Positions 12,195 through 23,861 of a DNA stretch of 64,000 bases are shown here, piece after piece. The translations under genes and the position numbers were made by a program. The DNA comes from Malacoraja senta (Eukaryota). The stretch lies in NCBI GenBank assembly GCA_038087875.1, contig CM075989.1:806001-870000 (forward strand), read 5' to 3'. The notes beneath the pieces were generated by a model. That model did not search any database. It saw only the letters and a program-made list of their open reading frames with translations, and was not told the DNA's origin. Numbering within the stretch: the stretch's first letter is position 1; each line of letters opens with the position of its first letter.

Positions 12195-12600
12195 TGATTC
12201 TATGACCATAGATCAGGCTCTCACACAGGTCTCCAACAGCTCCATTCTTGTTCTCCCTCCCCCCCATTCGCAACAGGGGCAGAGCCCCCCCCTAGTTCTC
12301 ACCTTTCATCCCATCAGCCGTCGCATACAACACATAATCTTCCAACATTTTCACCACCTCCAATGGGATCCCACCACTCATCACATCTTTCCATCTCCAC
12401 CCCTTTCCAATTTCCTCAGAGCGCATTCTCTCCGCAAATCTCTGGTTAACTCATCCCTTCCGACCCAAACCACCCCTTCCCAAAGTACTATTCCCTGTAA
12501 CTGTAGGAGATGCAACATCTGTCCCTGTACATCCTCCCTCGACTCCATCCAGGCACCCTGACAGTTCTTTTAGGTGAGGCAGAGGTTCACTTGCACCGCC
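12195..12600 (+). mobile_element. Penelope-like element (linker/GIY-YIG side), split by DIRS-A and continuing at ~17740-17785
   Basis: 'PLVLTFHP..PCNCRRCNICP' Cys motif; 'QRFTC' continues as 'CIHCSRCGLIY' after the DIRS insertion. Confidence 0.7.
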
Positions 12601-12765
12601 TAGTAGTAAGATTAAACGAGAACTTACCAGTTTGTAGTTTGATCTTTATTTTATGAAGAGTTACGTTGAGGGATTACGTGAAGAACACGCCAGCGCGCAT
12701 GCGTGTCAATCTTCAAAGCACTGGTGTGAGATCACAGATAATAGTTGATGAACTAAACATAGTAA

Positions 12766-13108
12766 TAATAATAATAATAATAATGGATGGGATTTATATA
12801 GTGCCTTTCTAATACTCAAGGCGCTTTACATTGCATTATTCATTCACTCCTCAGTCACACTCGGTGGTGGTGAGCTACTTCTGTAGCCACAGCTGCCCTG
12901 GGGCAGACTGACGGAAGCGTGGCTGCTAATCTGCGCCTACGGCCCCTCCGACCACCACCAATCACTCCCACACATTCACATGCAGGCAAAGGTGGGTGAA
13001 GTGTCTTTCCCAAGGACACAACGACAGTATGCACTCCAAGCGGGATTCGAACCGGCTACCTTCCGGTTGCCAGCCGAACACTTAGCCCATTGCGCCATCT
13101 GTCGTCCC
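12766..13108 (-). mobile_element. tRNA-derived CORE-like SINE with L2-type tail, inserted in the DIRS-A 3' region
   Basis: A/B boxes (TGGCGCAATGG, GGTTCGAATCC); CORE-like GTGTCCTTGGGAAAGACACTTCAC; tail GTAAAGCGCCTTGAG..GAAAGGCACTATATAAAT..(ATT)n; TSD about ATAGTAA. Confidence 0.85.
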
Positions 13109-13460
13109 ATAGTAAGATTAGAGAAGACTAGAATACCAGTTGATCTTTATGATAGAGGGTTGGGAGCGGAGGGCACGTAATCCCTCAACGTAACTCCTCA
13201 TAAAATAAAGATCAAACTTCAAACTGGTAAGTTCTCGTTTAATCTTACTATTTTACTTCGGAGTCACGCGAGGGACTACGTGAAGATTTCAAAGCTCTGT
13301 GATTTCATGCCGTAGAAACGAGTCCACGTGTCACACACTGTGTTAATTGACCAAGGAGGAGTGAAAATACAATGCATTCAGACATGACATCGTTTTAAAG
13401 CATGCTGATGCTTTTATTTACAAAAAATAAATAATAATGACCCCTAACACTCGGGGTAAA

Positions 13461-14425
13461 TTATAAGACAGATTTTAGAATAGAATCCGCAAACACCCAT
13501 GGCCTGGTAATCGGTTTGTCATAAAATAACTGAAAAGTTCTTTCACTAGACCATCCTGCCGCTGCAAGGATGTGGTCCATAGGAACTTCCAACCCTTTCG
13601 CTGCCGATGTCGATGCAGCCCTAGTGGAATGAGATTTAAAAACATCAGTGTTCATACCTGCCCAAGCCAACACCTGTCTTAGCCACCTTGAGATGGTTTG
13701 TACTGACACCCTTCTGTGAGGTTTCTTATGACTGATAAATAATGCCAATTCAGTGCCTCTGAGGGGTTGTGTGACCTTGATATATTGTAGCAAATGGGTG
13801 ACTACACATAAACGAAGGTCCATGAGATATGCTCCGAATTCCAATCTGAGACCTGACACCCCTGGTCTGCTCTGTTTGATTAATTCATACACATAGAAAA
13901 TTATTTTATTAGCAGATGTTATCATTGTGTCCAGTTGCAACTTTTGTAGTGACTGGACCCTTTGCGCTGAAACTAGCGCCATAAGCATAACTACTTTATA
14001 AGTTAGCTTGACCAATGACAGGGATGTTGCTGGGGCCCACCCTCGAAGCAGCGTCAGTACAATGCCTATATCCCAAATCTTGGAGTAACGAGGTCTGGGA
14101 GGTTTGGTATTAAAAATACCTTTCATGAGTTTTGCCACCAGTGGGTGAGACCCGACAGCGTGGTGTCCCAACCCTAGCCATAAATAGCACAATTAATGGC
14201 ACTGTAACCCAATCCTTCATCAAAATAAAGACTAGACAAAAACTCTAACACATCTGTCACACATGCTGTGTTATACATGACATTAGACTGTAAGCAGAAC
14301 TTCTCCCATTTCCTAATATAGGAGATATATTGTTTCTTGGTAGAATCCCTGCAAGATGCTGTGATCATGTTCAAGGTTCGATCCGTCAGTCCAAGCCCAA
14401 GATAAGGTCTCTTCAGACTCTGCAA
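13461..14425 (-). pseudogene. DIRS-A tyrosine recombinase (frameshifted: ORFs 14174-14425 and 13461-14192)
   Basis: SAQRVQSL, HSTRAASTS and AAGWSS..F..FY catalytic motifs. Confidence 0.85.
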
Positions 14426-14841
14426 ATTAATAAATGTATCCGGTCATGGCAAGGGTGACTTTCCCCTGTTACTGGATGAACCAGGAAATCAGTGCGTTTA
14501 GAAACGGTCATACAGGGTTCTGATATCGTACCATGACTGAGTAGGCCAGTCAGGTACTACCAAGATACAGTGTCCTGTTGGATCTTTTGTAAGACCCGAC
14601 TGATGAGGCAGAAGGGAGGAAATGCATAGAAAAATAACTCTCCTCAGTGGAGCGAGAACGCATCCATCGCCACTGCTCCCATGCAACATACATTGGCAAT
14701 TGGTGATTAAGCCTGGATGCGAATAGATGGATATCCGGCGTTCCATACCGAGCGATAATGTCGGCGAAAACTTTGCGGTCCAACATCCATTCGATGTTAT
14801 CTTTAGATTTTTGTGACCTGGTGTCCGCCACTATATTAAGC

Positions 14842-16089
14842 TTACCTTGGAAGGTAGGTAGCTGACATCCAAATGTTTCTTTTAATGCACCAGTGCCAAA
14901 TAAGGTTAGCCAAATAATCACAGGATACCGACTTAATTCCACACATGTGATTAATATATGCCACCGCAGTGGTGTTGTCAACATGAAGTTGAACGTGTAA
15001 ATGGTGCATTTCTGTACTGTAAGCCTTTAGCCCATAAAATGCACCCAACAACTCTAAATAATTAATACCATGTGACTTGAATAATGATGATTCATGCACA
15101 TCCCATCTGCCACCACAACTAGATATGGTATTAGTAGCACCCCAACCTTGGGTGCTAGAATCGGTTTGTAAAATAACCGAAGGACTGCTGATTATAATGG
15201 TATTGGAACCATGCCGAATGTTGAGTATCCACCATTGCAATTCAGAAATAGCATTGGCTGGTAACCGCATAGGTCGGTCAAAATGACCAGCATGATTTTT
15301 GAGTGCTTGCACCCTTGCACGTTGTAAATTTTGATAATGCAAGGGTCCAAATTGTGCGGTTGGAAATGCGGCCACTAATTTGCCAATTACCCTGGCTACT
15401 TGTCTAATAGATGGCTGATTAACAACAACAAGGTTGTAGCAGGCCTCTACTAATTCCAATCTCTTGCCCGAGGGCAGAGTCACAGACATGTGAACAGAAT
15501 TAATAGTAAACCCCAAATAATCAATCACCGTGGATGGTGTTAACTTAGGTTTATCTGGATGGTTGAGAAACCCCAATATCTCAAACAAGTGTTTAGTGGC
15601 TGAAACAGCTAATTTAGCTAATTCCAGAGATTTCCCAATGATTAAAATATCATCGAGATAAGCCATGACAATATATTTTTGAGCTCTGAGAAGCGCAACT
15701 GCCGGTTTAATAATTTTTGTAAATAATCTGGGGGCTGAAGTTAACCCATTAGGCAATTCTTTAAACTGCCACAGTTGCCCCATCCAGTTAAATTTCAAAT
15801 ACCCTCGGTGATCCCTATGAATGGGTACCGAATAGTATGCATCTTTGAGGTCGATGCATGCCATAAAGCATCCTTTGGAAATCAAATGTTTGGCAGTAAC
15901 AAAAGTTTCCATGTAAAAATGTTTATACTGCACAAAAGCATTTAGCTCAGAGAAATCAAGGATGATGCGGCATCCACCATCTTTCTTTTTCCTTGTAAAG
16001 ATATTAGAAACAAATTCGTGAGGGTAATGCCGTGACCTCTCAACTACACCTTTTGAATGTAACTTCAAAATTTCTGCATGCACAACCAA
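14842..16089 (-). CDS. DIRS-A reverse transcriptase/RNase H (415-aa open segment)
   Basis: DLKDAYY, LPNGLTSAPRLF, AYLDD, QTDSS..GWGA, INYLEL and DNTTAV motifs. Confidence 0.85.
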   Translation of the reverse strand: MVVHAEILKLHSKGVVERSRHYPHEFVSNIFTRKKKDGGCRIILDFSELNAFVQYKHFYMETFVTAKHLISKGCFMACIDLKDAYYSVPIHRDHRGYLKFNWMGQLWQFKELPNGLTSAPRLFTKIIKPAVALLRAQKYIVMAYLDDILIIGKSLELAKLAVSATKHLFEILGFLNHPDKPKLTPSTVIDYLGFTINSVHMSVTLPSGKRLELVEACYNLVVVNQPSIRQVARVIGKLVAAFPTAQFGPLHYQNLQRARVQALKNHAGHFDRPMRLPANAISELQWWILNIRHGSNTIIISSPSVILQTDSSTQGWGATNTISSCGGRWDVHESSLFKSHGINYLELLGAFYGLKAYSTEMHHLHVQLHVDNTTAVAYINHMCGIKSVSCDYLANLIWHWCIKRNIWMSATYLPR

Positions 16090-16289
16090 ACGTTCCTACT
16101 GAGAAAGCACAAACATCCGGTTAGGCGCATGCTGCGTGGATGGTAACGAATTATCAAGGAACTCAATTTTATACCCTTGTATACTGTGCAGTATAAATGA
16201 GTCAGAGGTTATAGAACTTTCACCAACTTGGAAATAATCTACACACCCCATGCTCCGAAAGGAACCAGACCCACCTAGTGGGTTAGTGA

Positions 16290-17534
16290 TTACTTCTTCC
16301 GCCCCCGAGTCCTGGGGGGTAGAGGTGCTGGAATGTGACAATGGCACATCTTCCAAGAAGGTCGCTCTGGGCCTTGGCCTAAAAAAGACCTATGTCCAGG
16401 ATATGCGGCCTTCGAGCTTTCACCAGCCTCAGGATATTGTTTTCTGCTGGTGGATGTATAGGGATGCGGCAGCCGAAATTGATAGGTCTTGCTGGTTGAC
16501 GGCAGCTTCATCAGGCCGACCGCCTTTGCCTCTTCATCCAGGTCTTTGACCTGCTTCGGTAGATTATCCCTGAACAACAAATTTGGCGGATGTATATTGC
16601 TTGCTTTACATTCTGTAACCCTGCAAACTTAGGGTTTAGAGCTGGTCGGATGACACTTTTCCTAAAACAGTTTATCTCAAAATGAGCATTGCACATAAGT
16701 GCTAGCGCATCTTGCTGCTCATCCAACAAAGGTCCTCCATCGACAGACCTGGCAAATGCCGTTATGCCCGAAGCCACTAATCTGAGGATTCTTTGGATTT
16801 TGATTTCTTGGGCCCTGATGCCCCCCCCCCCCCCCAATGTATCCCCAGATAGAATTATTTACTGCTGGGACATTTAGCGATGCACAATTTGCAGGTGCCA
16901 TGTATTTGGGGGCTGTTTCGGTCATCGCCTGCTCCTGCAGCTGGTGAGATGTAAGGTTATTAATACTCTCAGCCAGTTGTTCCTGCAACGGTTCCCCGGT
17001 TTGTGAGGGGACTGCGAATTTGGCAACCATGACAGGTACAGTTCGAGCTTTATGCACCCCAAACATACTTGCAGTGTCTTCAGCCATTCCCCCGAATTCG
17101 GAGTCAGCCCAGTCCTGGCTCCGTATACTCCCCTCCGAGGAGAGAGAGACATTGTGCAGCCATGTACGAGGCGCTGCCGTGGGCTTAGGGGACCCACGCA
17201 GACTTTGCTCCGACTGCTGGAGCATGTTATGTTGGAGCATTTTCTCCACTACACGCTCCATTCGAGCTAAACGCCCCAGGGCACTTTCTGTCGAAGGAGG
17301 TGAATCTTCCCAGCCTGACTCATCCGAGTCCACAGGCCGGTCCGTTTTTCGATTGGCTTTACCCTCTTTTCAGGGAACCACTGCCAAAATTGTAGGTCCC
17401 AAGTCGGAGGTCTCTGACGGCATTGTCAGAGCCTCAGGTGGAGAATTCGACCGCCTCAGACTGCCCGCATTTTCGCGGTCCTACGCAGCCTGTTTTGCCG
17501 CGGTCCGTTTTGACTTAGACCTTAATTTTTCCAT
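16290..17534 (-). pseudogene. DIRS-A gag-like ORF (frameshifted)
   Basis: ATG at 17534; segments 16719-17333, 16511-16837 and 16290-16580 contain P.NC..L.VP.VN and IRPALNPKF, shared with the other two DIRS copies. Confidence 0.7.
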
Positions 17535-17786
17535 TTCCTGGAAATCCAATGTCCTGTAAACGAATTTGCAGGACAAACGACCTCAGAATGTGAAACTTAC
17601 CTGGAGCGTCCTTTTAAACTTACCACTGTAGGAGTTGTGCGCCTACCAACTGGTTGCTGTGCCATGCGTTAGACGATATGACGCGCATGCGTGCTGGCGG
17701 GTTCTTCACGTAGTCACTCACGTGACTCCGAAGTAAAATCTTCTGTATCCACTGTTCTAGGTGTGGACTCATATATTCTGGTAAGG

Positions 17787-18150
17787 ACACGGTGCTGGAG
17801 TAATTCAGCTGGTCAGGTGTATCTATGGAGGACATGGATAGGTTACGTTCCGAGTTGGGACCCTGCTTTAGTGGGGAAAGCAGCTGGAAAAGAGGTGGGA
17901 TGGGAGAAAGCCTGGCAAGTGAGGTGGTTACATAGATTGGCAGATGGGAGGACAAAGCATGGAGATGAAAAGGGGACAAAAGGAACACAAAAGGAGATAA
18001 AAAGGAGACAAGGAGACGATGGGGCATTGATAAGGAGAGACAAGGTTTGAAAGAGGACTGAAATTTAAAGCCAGAGGATATCGGTGATGGATGGGAAGGG
18101 ATGTGTAGGATGTGGAGGCTGGTGGGGTGAAAGGTGAGAACCAGGGTAAC
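17787..18150 (+). repeat. Penelope-associated repeat (degenerate)
   Basis: TGCTGGAGTAA.TCAGC family head followed by a purine-rich body. Confidence 0.55.
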
Positions 18151-19289
18151 TCTGTCCTTATTGTTTTCTCCTGAAGTTACTCCAAGAAATCACCTGCTAC
18201 AAGAGAAAAAAACCACTCCTTGGACAATCGTCAGCTGACCAACGGCCTGAACGAGTTCTACTGCAGGTTCAATAGACAGAAACATAACCCTGGTATCCCC
18301 TCTCTCCCTCCCTCCCCCACCCACTCCTCCCCAATTACCACTTCACACCTACTTACAGCCTGACTCCAGTCTGTAAACACTGGACCCATCACAACCCACT
18401 ACTAGCCTCACATCAGTGATGGGGAGGTATCTGGAGTCAATTATAAAAGATAAAATAGCAGCACATTTGGATAGCATTAAGATGGTCGGTCTGAGTCAGC
18501 ATGGAATTACAAATGGGAAATCATTCTTGACTCATCTTCTGGAAATTTTTGAGGAACTTAAGCCCCTGTCTCACGGTCCGAGTCCACTCACGAGTGATCC
18601 CAAGTGAAAGAAAAAATCAAACTCGTGGTTGTCTACGAGATTCCAAGTTTATGTTCACGAGTTTAAACGAGTTCCCACGTGTATGTCTAAGTTTTCCGTT
18701 TACTTCTCATATCTGCGATGTGCCAAGTTCCTCTCCCGAGTTACTCTTGAGCCAACAACGACTACCGACATGTGGAAAAATCATCACATGGATAAAAATG
18801 TCATGCAGTTTTTTTTACTATAAAAAGCCTCCCATGACCATGACAGAACTTCCTCGACGATCAGCTTCTCCATGTCTCTTATGCTTCTCATGCATGCTTC
18901 TCTTGTCATGTAATTAACCACTTTTATCAAATCGTTGCCTATCATTGCTACAATTCAAAAAATGGCATTTAAGTACTTGGCTGTCAAAAAAAGCGCAAAA
19001 CGTAAAGGTGTTTAAGAAACGGACTCCAGGGAGAACTTCAAAGCTTTTGTAAATCGATTAAATTCAGGTAGAAGTTGAACTCAAGATATAAATCCCCTGA
19101 AAGTTAGGTTTCTTAACACAGGATAGATGTTCTGCCAGAACGGAGTTGCTGAATAAAATCATCTCCCATTTTCCTCCATTTCTTGCATGACCTCGGCTTG
19201 CCAGCTTTATTTCACACTCCGTGATCTGCGTAATGTATATAAGTGTAAAATAATAAACTGACCAAGAATGTCCCGTGTTCACCCTTGTT

Positions 19290-19525
19290 AGTTTAGTTTA
19301 GTTTAGAGATACAGAGAGGAAACAGGCCCTTCGGACCACTGGTTCCGCGCCGACCAGCGATCCCCGCACACTAACACCATCCTACACCCACTATGGACAT
19401 TTTTACATCTTTGGAGTGTGGGGGGATGGGGAGAACTTACAAACTCAGTACAGACAGCACCCATAGTCGGGATCGAACCCGGGTCTCCGACGCTGCATTC
19501 GCTGTCAGGCAGCTGCACCACCGTG
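19290..19525 (-). mobile_element. HE1/V-SINE-like SINE
   Basis: GGTGGTGCAG head, GGGTTCGATCCCG B-box and (CTAAA)n tail. Confidence 0.8.
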
Positions 19526-19552
19526 AATGAAGGCCTGTTTTAAGTATTAAAT

Positions 19553-20141
19553 AGAGGAGCAAGAGGGTGATCAAGGCGGAGAAAGTGTAGAGGCCAATGC
19601 CCAGGTAGTCCAACTCGCAGGAGTGCAGGTCCACCATGACGACGCTGTGGCCGCGGTGGGCTTTGAGGGAGGCGCAGGTGACATCGGTGACCAGGCGAGG
19701 GATGTAGACCGTGGTCTGATTGATCCACCACACGAACCACCTGGCATCGCAGGTGCAGAGAAAGTGGTTGCCGCTTAGCCGCAGCTCCCGAAGGTGTTTG
19801 ATGGTGCTGTCCGGGAAACTGGAGACCTGGATGGTCTTCAGGTTGTTGTAGCTGAGATCCAGGTACTGCAGGGAGGTGCCGTCCCGCAGGAAGTCCTTGG
19901 TCAGCTTGGAGATCTGGTTGCGGGTGAGGTTGAAGACGCGCAGGGTCTGGGTGCAGTTGGACAGCATGCGAGGCACCGTGGTCAACAGGTTGCTACCGAG
20001 GTCCAGCAGCTCCAACCAGCCTAGCAGGTAAAGCCTGCCCCAGTTGAAGCTCCACAGCTGGTTACCGCTCAGCACAAGCTCCTTGAGTAGCGGGGGCAGG
20101 TGGTCAAACACGTCGTGCGGCATGAGAGCGAGTCTCTTCCC
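19553..20141 (-). pseudogene. TLR7: Toll-like receptor 7-family gene fragment: last LRRs, LRRCT and start of TM; no N-terminus, no TIR domain
   Basis: Uninterrupted frame with LTTVPRMLSNC, LQYLDLSYN, NHFLCTCDARWFVWWINQT and DVTCAS..AHRG.SV..DLHSCELD, colinear with the vertebrate TLR7 ectodomain C-terminus as I recall it; visibly GC-rich against the flanks. Confidence 0.85.
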
Positions 20142-20210
20142 CTAATAATCCGCTGCTATCTGTGTTCGAGAGCGAAAACTTGCAAAGGGCATGCATGGTT
20201 CCTCACCAGC

Positions 20211-20437
20211 GAAGATGGACACAGAATGCTGGAGTAACTCAGCGGGACAGGCAACATCTCTGGAGAGAAGGAATGTGTGACGTTTCGGGTCGAGACGCGT
20301 TACTTCTCTCCAGAGATACAGCAACAGCACAGCACAAAACCAGTCTGAAGAAGGGTCTCGACCCAAAATGTCACCAATTTCTTTTCTCCAGAGATGCTGT
20401 CTGCCCCGCTGAGTTACTCCAGCATTTTGTGTCTATA
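20211..20437. repeat. Penelope-derived palindromic element with degenerate hammerhead motifs
   Basis: Inverted arms GACACAGAATGCTGGAGTAACTCAGCGGG / CCCGCTGAGTTACTCCAGCATTTTGTGTC. Confidence 0.75.
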
Positions 20438-23400
20438 TCCCATGGCTTGTTATGTCACCTCACATTGTAAAATCATTATCTGAAGAAATGTCTCCTCGCT
20501 GGCTCAAACATAATCTATGTAGAACTCACATTTGTCTCTGCTTCATATACGTGGGAATTCCCTCAGTATGGTCACTTTTGACCCGTCCCGTCCGGTGTTA
20601 ACCCTTCCCATCAATGCTTGAGCCCCCATCTTCGCTCTGTACCTTCAGCTTCATCGGCGGCTCTCTCCCTTCGAAAGTATCCAAGTTAATTTCAGACCCC
20701 TATCCATCCATCCATTCATTCATTTTCCATTAAGATCTGACTAATCTTCAACATTTCACTTCTGGCACTCAGGCCTAACCCACGGTGGACTCAAGAGTCA
20801 CTACGGTAAACTCACGGGCCACTACGTTCTTACAACGAGTTTAAATGTTTTAAATTTTAACTTCAAGAGTAAATTTGACACGTGGAAATCTTTAAACATG
20901 TTTAAAATTTTTCAAGAGTTAACAACTTTCCCGGGTACCTGCCGTTAGCGCCACGAGTCGCTAAGTTGCGTCCACGAGGTTCCGAGGTTCCCGCCACGTT
21001 AATTGTACGTGATTACCACGAGTTTCATTTGTTTTAAACTCGGGGTCACTCGTGGGTCGACTAGCACCGTGAGACAGGGGTTTAACTAGGAAAATGGACA
21101 AGGGAGAGCCAGTGTATGTAGTGTACCTGGACTTTCAGAAAGCCTTTGATAAGGTCCCACATAGGAGATTAGTGGGCAAAATTAGAACACATGTTATTCG
21201 TGGTAAGATACTGACATGGATGGGAAATTGGTTGGCAGACAGGAAACAAAGAGTAGGGATTAACGGATCCCTTTCAGAATGGTAGGCAGTGACTAGTGGG
21301 GTACTGCAAGGCTCGATACTGGGACCGCAGCTATTTACAATATACATTAATGATTTAGATGAAAGGATTAAGAGTAACATTAGCAAATTTGCAGATGACA
21401 CAAAGCTGGGTGGCAGTATGAACTGTGAGGAGGATGCTATGAGGCTGCAGGGTGACTTGGACAGGTTGGGTGAGTGGGCAGATGCATGGTAGGTGCAGTT
21501 TAATGAAACTAAATGTGAGGTTATCCACTTTGGGGGCAAGAACAGGAAGGCAGATTATTATCTGAATGGTGTCATGTTGGGAAAAGGGAAGTACAACATG
21601 ATCTGGGTGTCCTTCTTCATCAGTCACTGAAAGAAAGCATGCAGGTACAGCAGGCAATGAAGAAAGCTAATGGCATGTTGGCCTTCATAACAAGAGGAGT
21701 TGAGTTTAGGAGTAAAGGGGTCCTTCTACTGTTGTACAGGGCCCTAGTGAGACCACACCTGGAGTATTGTGTGCAGTTTTGATCTCCAAATTTGAGGAAG
21801 GACAGTCTTGCTATTGAGGGAGTGCAGCGTAGGTTCACGAGGTTAATACCTGGGATGGCGGGACTGTCATGTGTTGAAAGAATAGAGCGACAGGGCTTGT
21901 ACACTCTGGAGTTTAGAAGGATGAGAGGAGATCTTATTGAAACATGGAAGATTATTAAGGGATTGGACATGCTGGAGGCAGTAAACATGTTCCCGATGCT
22001 GAGGGTGTCCAGAATCAGGGGCCACAGTTTAAGAATAAGGGGTAGGCCATTTAGAACTGCGATGAAGATTTTTTTTTTACCCAGATAGTTTCTCTGGATG
22101 TTTTCAAGAGAGAGTTAGATAGAGCTCTTAAAGTTAGCGTAGTCAAGGGATATGGGAAGAGGGCAGGAACTGATTGTGGATGATCAGCCATGATCACAGT
22201 GCTGGCTCGAAGGGCCGAATGGCCTACTCCTGCACCTATAGTCTATTGTCCCCAATTACCACATCACATCCACTTACAGCCTGACTCCAGTCTGCAAAGA
22301 CTGGGCTCTCGTCCACTACCCACCCCCTCCTTGCTGCCCAACATCAATCAGTCTGGCCACTTTTCCATCGCTAACCATAGCAATTGAGGAAGTGGAAAAG
22401 CAATTCAGGAGACAGAAAAGCCATAAATCTCCAGGATCGGACAATGTTTCCCCCTCTACCCTCAAGTTCTGTGCCAAACAACTAAGGATTACTGGTCTTA
22501 ATGACTACACGCCTGTCGCACTGACCTCTGTAATCATGAAGACCCTTGAAAGACTTGTGCTGGTCCACCTTAAAAATATCACAAACCCCATGCTGGACCC
22601 TCTGCAGTTTGCATACCGGGCAAATAGATCAGTGGATGACACAGTCAACCTAGGCCTGCATTCCATCCTCCAGCACCTAGACGGCTAAGGGACCTATGCA
22701 AAGATTTTGTTTGTGGATTTTAGCTCTGCATTGTGCCAGAGCTACTACACTCCAAACTCTCCAAGTTGACTGTGCCTGAACCCCTCTGTCAGTGGATCAC
22801 CAACTTCCTGACAGACTGGAAGCAGCATGTGAGGCTGGGAAAGCACATCTCAGACCCGCTGACTCTCAGCATAGGAGCACCGCAAGGCTGCGTATTCTCC
22901 CCGCTCCTTTACTCTCCCTACACAAACGATTGCACCTCTGTCAAGCTTCTCAAGTTTGCGGACGACATAACCCTGATTGGACTGATCCAGGATGGGGAGG
23001 AATCTGCCTACAGACATGAAGTGACAAAGCTGGTATCCTGGTGCCATCGCAACAACCTGCTGCTCAATGCTCTTAAGACAGTGGAATTGATTATAGACTT
23101 TTGCAGAGCTCCCCCTTCCCTCCCCCCACTCATCATCAATAACACCACAGTCACATCTGTAGAGTCATTTAATTTCCTTGGAACCATCATCTGCAGGGAC
23201 CTTTTATTGGGAGGCCCCAATCGACTCAGTCAAAACGACCCAACAGAGGATGTACTTCCTGCAGCAGCTGAGGAAACACAATCTGCCACTAGCAATGATG
23301 GTTCAGTTTTATACTGCCATCATAGAGTCTGTCCTCACTTTCTCCATCATGGTCTGGTTTGGCTCAGCCACCAAGCATGACATCCGGAGGCTGCAGGGCA

Positions 23401-23861
23401 TCGTTCGATCAGCCGAGAAGGTTGTTGGCTGCAACCTTCCCTCCAATGACGAACTGTACACTGCAAGGTCCAAGAAGAGAGCGGGTAAGATCATCTCTGA
23501 CCCCTCTCACCTGGCCACAAACTATTTGAATCACTTCCCTCTGGAAGGAAGGACTGTTAAAGCCGCCACAGCCAGATATAAAAAACAGCTTTTTTCCAAC
23601 GAGCAGTAGCTGTACGCAACAGCCAAAAGTCTGTAGCCTCCTTTTGCTCTAGTATTTTATTTCATTCTACACATGTTTAAATTATTGTATTGTATTGTAT
23701 TGTATTGTATATCTTTATTGTCATTTCCTGAGTATTCGCATACCCAGAGGAAACAAAAAAACGTTCCTCAACCAGTGTCCATTTCAGTGTGTGCAGTCAA
23801 AAATAAATAGAAGTAAAAATACATATATCATGAACAAATTAACACTCTACTCTAATAAACA

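Larger units (their letters stand above)
12604..17738 (-). mobile_element. DIRS retrotransposon A (full-length, mildly degenerate): gag, RT/RNaseH/methyltransferase-like region, tyrosine recombinase, ITRs and ICR
   Basis: 5' end TTTTACTTCGGAGTCACGTGAG (17738); ICR at ~13175-13285 complementary to both termini; RT YLDD; YR HSTRAASTS. Confidence 0.95.
18561..21082. mobile_element. Non-autonomous TIR DNA transposon (~2.5 kb, probably PIF/Harbinger-like) containing a TLR7 fragment, a SINE and a Penelope hairpin
   Basis: TIR CCCCTGTCTCACGGT ... ACCGTGAGACAGGGG with extended subterminal similarity; TTAA/TWA on both flanks; the host CR1 is cleanly interrupted. Confidence 0.85.
18413..22248 (+). mobile_element. 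CR1 LINE (RT to 3' end), split by the TIR element 18561-21082
   Basis: 'SQHG..GKS.LT.LLE.FEE' resumes as 'TRKMDKGEPV.VVYLDFQKAFD' after the insertion. Confidence 0.9.
18170..23690 (+). mobile_element. Rex1/Babar LINE (18170-18412 + 22249-23690), split by a CR1 insertion
   Basis: 'LNEFYCRF' upstream; 'PVALTS.IMK.LERL', 'DPLQFAYR', 'PQGCVFSPLL' and 'KFADD' downstream. Confidence 0.8.

Noticed and set aside
13035..13108. Possible tRNA gene
   Set aside because: It is the tRNA-derived head of a SINE, continuous with the body and tail.
19437..20123. A functional TLR7 gene at this locus
   Set aside because: Lacks the signal peptide, most LRRs and the TIR domain; the C-terminus reads into a SINE.
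20480..20690. Possible decayed Myb/MADF coding remnant in the TIR element (minus strand)
   Set aside because: Similarity is too faint to support without a profile search.
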